From Parcubacteria group bacterium (GTDB taxonomy: Bacteria > Patescibacteriota > Minisyncoccia > UBA10092), in NCBI GenBank assembly GCA_016186325.1, contig JACPLW010000004.1, positions 446-64,445 on the forward strand: 64,000 bases of DNA, read 5' to 3'. Shown here piece by piece: positions 59,490 through 64,000 of the stretch; positions within the stretch are counted from its first letter, which is position 1; each line of letters starts with the position of its first letter. Below the pieces are notes generated by a model that saw only the letters and a list, made by a program, of their open reading frames with translations, had not been told where the DNA came from and searched no databases. Both the position numbers and the translations under genes were made by a program.

Positions 59490-60546
59490 AATTTTAAAAA
59501 TCATTGCTTCTTTTTTTGCCGTACTGTTTACTGCGGCTTTTTTAATTTTTTCTTTCATTCATCTGAAGTCTAATTTCAGCGGAAATTTTGCTCCCAATGA
59601 AATTTTTATTATTTCTACTTCAAGTATGGGACTTTTACCCTATGGTGAACCTGTTAAAACGGTAAAACAAACAAAAGAACCCAAAATAATTTCCAAAGAA
59701 GTACCAGAAAAATCAATTGTTGCGGAACCCTTAAAAGAAGTTTCTTCAAAAAGTTTTGAGGAACTAATAAACAGTTCGGTCATTCAGCTTTATTGCGGCT
59801 ATCTTAATGTCGAAAAAACTTCTTTTTCTTCAATATCCCGCGGCACCGGAATAATTATAAACAGTCGGGGCGAAATTTTGACTAACAGACATATCATATA
59901 CGATGAGAATCTTCAAAAAATAAAAAGCGACTGTTTTGTTTTAAAAAGCCCCTTTCCTAATATTAGGTCGGAAAAACCGAAAATTTATTATGTCGCTCAA
60001 ATCACAAATTATCCTTTGGAAGAAAAATTCAATGATTTCTTTAGCAAAGATCGTTATTACAATGATTTTGCAATTTTAAAAATCTCTTATAAAATCTCCA
60101 GTGATTCAAAAATAAACCAATTGCTTCAGGCTGATCCCGCTTCTTTAAGTGATTATGATGTTTTAGAAAATAATAGCCTTTTTAATTATTTGCCGGTTGA
60201 TTGGCAGTATCAGCCCAAAAACAATGATTTATTAATTGCCTTGGGTTATGGCGCAGACGCAAGCCATGCCGCTAATCAAATTACTTCAATTATCGGCCGT
60301 CTTAGTGGCAATGTTGATATTAACGGAAGCTCGAAGCCCCAGGTTTTATTAATTGAAATTGGCGCGACAACCGGTTTTTCCGGCGGCGCTTTGATTAATC
60401 CGCAGTCAAAGGGATTAATTGGTCTGATCAGCTGGATAACGAGTAGTGAAAACGAGGTTAGATACACGGCGGCTATTTTCAGGGATTTTTTAAAGACCAC
60501 AATGTTTCAAGATTTAAACTTTGATTTAAAATTGGTACAAAACTAA
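59476..60546 (+). CDS. membrane-anchored trypsin-like serine protease
   Basis: GTG..I, LTNRHI, DFAILK, GFSGG triad motifs. Confidence 0.8.
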   Translation: MTAVKILKIIASFFAVLFTAAFLIFSFIHLKSNFSGNFAPNEIFIISTSSMGLLPYGEPVKTVKQTKEPKIISKEVPEKSIVAEPLKEVSSKSFEELINSSVIQLYCGYLNVEKTSFSSISRGTGIIINSRGEILTNRHIIYDENLQKIKSDCFVLKSPFPNIRSEKPKIYYVAQITNYPLEEKFNDFFSKDRYYNDFAILKISYKISSDSKINQLLQADPASLSDYDVLENNSLFNYLPVDWQYQPKNNDLLIALGYGADASHAANQITSIIGRLSGNVDINGSSKPQVLLIEIGATTGFSGGALINPQSKGLIGLISWITSSENEVRYTAAIFRDFLKTTMFQDLNFDLKLVQN

Positions 60547-61811
60547 TGAATAAAATTTTTCCAGACGGATTTTTATGGGGAGCGGCCACTTCGGCGCATC
60601 AGGTTGAAGGCAATAACCGTAATAATTGGACTGAATGGGAAAAGGCAAATGCCAAGCGTTTAGCCAAAGAAGCAAGGACCTATTGGCAACCATGGCAAAG
60701 GGAAGTGTTTCCGGAAATGTTAACTCCTGAAAATTATATTTCAGGAAAAGCGTGCGATCATTACAACCGTTACGAAGAAGATTTTAATTTGGCGAAGGAA
60801 ATGGGTCATAACGCTCATCGTTTTTCTATTGAATGGTCGCGGATTGAGCCGGAGGAGGGAAAATTCGACGAAAAAGAAATAGAGCATTACCGGCGAGTAA
60901 TATTGGCGTTGCGTGAACGGGGGATTGAACCGTTTGTAACGCTCTGGCATTGGACGATGCCAATTTGGTTTGTTGAAATAGGCGCATTTAGTAAAAAAGA
61001 CAATATAAAATATTTTGTCAGATTTTGCGAGACGATTGTTAAAGAGTTTTGTAGCGATGTTAAATTCTGGATAGTTTTAAACGAACCGGAAATTTACGCA
61101 GGAAATTCCCATCTTAAAGGAATATGGCCACCGCAAAAGAAAAGTTTAATATCTTATTTTTTAGCAATTAAAAATTTAATCAAAGCGCATCGCAATTCAT
61201 ACAAAATAATTAAAAAAATCATACCAAATGCCCAAGTCGGCATTGCTAAAAATAATATTTATTTTGAGGCGTACCAAAATAAAATCCACAACCGAATTTT
61301 GAAAAAGTTTATTGATTGGTGGTGGAATTTTTATTTTTTAAATCGAATAAAAAATCATCAGGATTTCATCGGTTTAAACCACTATTTTCACAACAGAATT
61401 AAAAGTTTTAGGTTTAATAAAAATGAAAACAAAAAAGTTTCCGATATGGGCTGGGAGCTATATCCGGAAGCAATTCCTCATGTTTTAAAAGATTTAAAGA
61501 AATACAATAAGCCGATTTATATCACTGAAAATGGTTTAGCCGATGGCAGAGATAAAAATCGCGAATGGTTTATAAAAGAATCTCTTAAAAATATTCATAA
61601 AGCTATTGAGGACGGCGCTGATATTCGCGGATATTTTTATTGGTCGCTTTTGGATAATTTTGAATGGGATAAAGGTTTTTGGCCGCGGTTTGGTCTGGTT
61701 GAAATTGATTATAAAACACTTGAAAGAAAGCCGAGGCCGTCAAGTTACATTTACGCGGAAATTGCAAAAAATAATAGTATTAATAACGCCGAAGGAGAAA
61801 GGGGAAGATGA
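60546..61811 (+). CDS. glycoside hydrolase family 1
   Basis: FLWGAATSAHQVEG, RFSIEWSRI, NEP, ITENG, DNFEW. Confidence 0.95.
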   Translation: MNKIFPDGFLWGAATSAHQVEGNNRNNWTEWEKANAKRLAKEARTYWQPWQREVFPEMLTPENYISGKACDHYNRYEEDFNLAKEMGHNAHRFSIEWSRIEPEEGKFDEKEIEHYRRVILALRERGIEPFVTLWHWTMPIWFVEIGAFSKKDNIKYFVRFCETIVKEFCSDVKFWIVLNEPEIYAGNSHLKGIWPPQKKSLISYFLAIKNLIKAHRNSYKIIKKIIPNAQVGIAKNNIYFEAYQNKIHNRILKKFIDWWWNFYFLNRIKNHQDFIGLNHYFHNRIKSFRFNKNENKKVSDMGWELYPEAIPHVLKDLKKYNKPIYITENGLADGRDKNREWFIKESLKNIHKAIEDGADIRGYFYWSLLDNFEWDKGFWPRFGLVEIDYKTLERKPRPSSYIYAEIAKNNSINNAEGERGR

Positions 61812-63679
61812 AAGAATTTATAGATTTTTTCTTGAAAAACTGGGTTTTAATCGTAATTTTAGGGAATCTTTTCACGGCTATATCGAGCATTGTTGCCAAA
61901 GTTGCCTTAAACGGTTCGGTTAGCAAGCCTATTAACCCGACGGTTTACGCTTTCTATAGCGGATTAGGCGGCTCCGTTGTAATTTTTTTCGCCTTGATAT
62001 TAAACGTATGGTTTTCTTTTTTAAAAATAGGCTTAGGAGAAGTAATTATTGGTATTATTTCAGGCGTTTTTTTGATTTTTGGGTTATGGCCGTTTTATTT
62101 AGCTCTATATCGCAGCGAGGCCTCGCGGGTAACGACGCTGTTCGTCGGCAGTATGCCGATTTTTACCTTTTTTATAAAATATTTTTTTCTTGACGAAAGA
62201 TTAAATGTAATTCAGTCATTGGCTTTTATTTTTCTGGTTTCCGGCGGTGTTTTGGTTTTCTTAAAAAAACATAATAATTTCCGGCTTGATTTGAAAAGCG
62301 CGTTTTTAACGTTGAGTAGCGCCCTGGGGATCGCTATCGGTTTAGTTTTGGCCGGAGAAATTTTTAAATTACAGGGATTTTTTAGCGGATTTTTTTGGAT
62401 CAGCATAGGTTACATCTTGGCATCGCTTATAATATTTTTATGGCCTGGGCAAAAACAGAAAATCTTAAGGGTAGACGCTTATGTCGAAAAGAGAAGCTTG
62501 CTCCTGTTTTTTTCCGACAAAACATTCAGCGTTTTGGGTTCGGGACTCATTAAATTCGCCATTTCACTGGTAAGCGCCACTATAGTTAACGCCTTTGAAG
62601 GTTTAAGGCAATTTTTTGTTTTGATATTTGCTATGGCAATATCATTTTGGCGGCCCGATATTCTTAAAGAAGAATTGGAAGGAATTGTTTTATGGCAAAA
62701 AATTATTGCCGCGATTTTAGTCGGCATCGGTTTGTTTCTTATAATATTCAGCCAGTTCCCATCTGCGAGCCCCAACCGCTCGATTAACTGGGGCGTTACA
62801 TTTTCCGGTAAGTTCAGTGAAGATCTCGATCTTGATTCTAAAGAAAATTTAAAAGCCGTATTGGACGATTTGAGAGTTGATAGAATCCGTTTGGTTGCTT
62901 ATTGGGATGAAATAGAAAAAGAAAAAAATATATTCGATTTTTCAAATCTCGATTGGCAGGTGGATGAAGCAGAAAAAAGAAATGTAAAAATAATTCTTGC
63001 TGTCGGAATGAAAGTTCCAAGGTGGCCTGAGTGCCACATACCCGATTGGGCTAAAAATCTTTCTGAAGAAGTTAGAGAAAAAGAATTGCTTTTGTATTTG
63101 GAAGAAGTTGTGAAACATTATAAAGACGGAAAATCCATAGAAATATGGCAGGTTGAAAATGAGCCATTCTTGCGGTTCGGCGAGTGTCCAAAAAGAGGAA
63201 ATAATTTTCTTTCAAACGAAATATCTATTGTGAAATCAATTGATAAGAGCCGTTCGATTTTGGTTACCGAAAGCGGCGAAATCGGCTGGTGGCCAAAAGC
63301 GGCAAAAGCGGGAGACATTTTTGGCACAACCATGTATCGGCGGATATATAATAAATATTTTGGCCGAGTTAATTATCACCTGCCTCCAGAATTTTTTATT
63401 CTAAAAGAAAAAGCTACCAGATTTTTTATAAAAGATTATAATAAGAAGTTTATTGTTATTGAACTGGCGGCTGAACCGTGGATGGCAAAACAGATTTACG
63501 AAACTACATTGGAAGAACAATTAAAGTATTTTGATTTCGATTTTTTTAAAGATACAATTCAATACGCCAAAGCAACGGGTTTCGATGAATACTATCTGTG
63601 GGGCGCCGAATGGTGGTATTATTTAAAAATAAAGGGTCATCCGGAATTTTGGCAAGAAGCCAAAAAATTATGGGAATAG
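61808..63679 (+). CDS. fusion of an EamA/DMT-like transporter and a clan GH-A glycoside hydrolase domain
   Basis: ~10 TM in first ~315 aa, then GVTFS, YWDEIE, WQVENEP, ELAAEPW. Confidence 0.75.
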   Translation: MKEFIDFFLKNWVLIVILGNLFTAISSIVAKVALNGSVSKPINPTVYAFYSGLGGSVVIFFALILNVWFSFLKIGLGEVIIGIISGVFLIFGLWPFYLALYRSEASRVTTLFVGSMPIFTFFIKYFFLDERLNVIQSLAFIFLVSGGVLVFLKKHNNFRLDLKSAFLTLSSALGIAIGLVLAGEIFKLQGFFSGFFWISIGYILASLIIFLWPGQKQKILRVDAYVEKRSLLLFFSDKTFSVLGSGLIKFAISLVSATIVNAFEGLRQFFVLIFAMAISFWRPDILKEELEGIVLWQKIIAAILVGIGLFLIIFSQFPSASPNRSINWGVTFSGKFSEDLDLDSKENLKAVLDDLRVDRIRLVAYWDEIEKEKNIFDFSNLDWQVDEAEKRNVKIILAVGMKVPRWPECHIPDWAKNLSEEVREKELLLYLEEVVKHYKDGKSIEIWQVENEPFLRFGECPKRGNNFLSNEISIVKSIDKSRSILVTESGEIGWWPKAAKAGDIFGTTMYRRIYNKYFGRVNYHLPPEFFILKEKATRFFIKDYNKKFIVIELAAEPWMAKQIYETTLEEQLKYFDFDFFKDTIQYAKATGFDEYYLWGAEWWYYLKIKGHPEFWQEAKKLWE

Positions 63680-64000
63680 AAAAACCTAAAATAATAACCG
63701 GCTTAGGCAATGTTGAAGATGGCGGTTTAGAAAAAAAGTTGCCGGCTGTTGAAGTTAAAAATGAAGTTGTTTGGGTAAACGACGATGTTGAAATGCCTTT
63801 TAAGTTTGAAGAGGACAAACCTTCTAAAATAGGAGTTTTTTTGACTACGGAACCCAACGATGGAGAATCTGTATTTCATGTTAAAGTAATGGACAATCAT
63901 TTTCGCAGCGCCCTTTTAGGAAAAGTTGTTTTTAGAGACAAAGAAGGAAACTTGTATCGCGATGTGGATATAAAAGGAATGGGGCCGATAAATCCTGCGA
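63670..64000 (+). CDS. N-terminal part of a protein running off the window; SelO/kinase-like motif
   Basis: MGIEKPK…HFRSALLG…RDVDIKGMG, open to the edge. Confidence 0.5.
   Translation, partial: MGIEKPKIITGLGNVEDGGLEKKLPAVEVKNEVVWVNDDVEMPFKFEEDKPSKIGVFLTTEPNDGESVFHVKVMDNHFRSALLGKVVFRDKEGNLYRDVDIKGMGPINPA

Overview
Low-GC, gene-dense bacterial window whose gene content and style (shortened UvrB/UvrC/PGK/SMC, many small membrane proteins, LemA-HtpX, AT-rich leaders) suggest a Patescibacteria/CPR (Parcubacteria-like) genome (inference); standard genetic code (TGA is a normal stop). It holds a possible defence locus at the left edge, an ECF-sigma/MacAB-like exporter operon, a rearranged accessory patch (2.5-14 kb) with local duplications, a nucleotide-metabolism trio, a copper/thiol cluster with a P1B ATPase, nusB-rnc-smc, lemA-htpX, two tRNA-Ser, hicBA, uvrBAC, a DUF3326/AdoMetDC-like pair, pgk and glycoside hydrolases. 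The most striking signal is absent from the ORF track: a 280-bp element with 13-bp terminal inverted repeats and a 4-bp target duplication whose only gene is a small GIY-YIG nuclease (no transposase), plus non-autonomous copies with the same ends inserted into a start codon and a -35 box in ways that rebuild the host signal. Several other families of short covarying hairpins are inserted in frame into proteins or next to start codons. All calls are from reading the sequence by eye; no searches were run.
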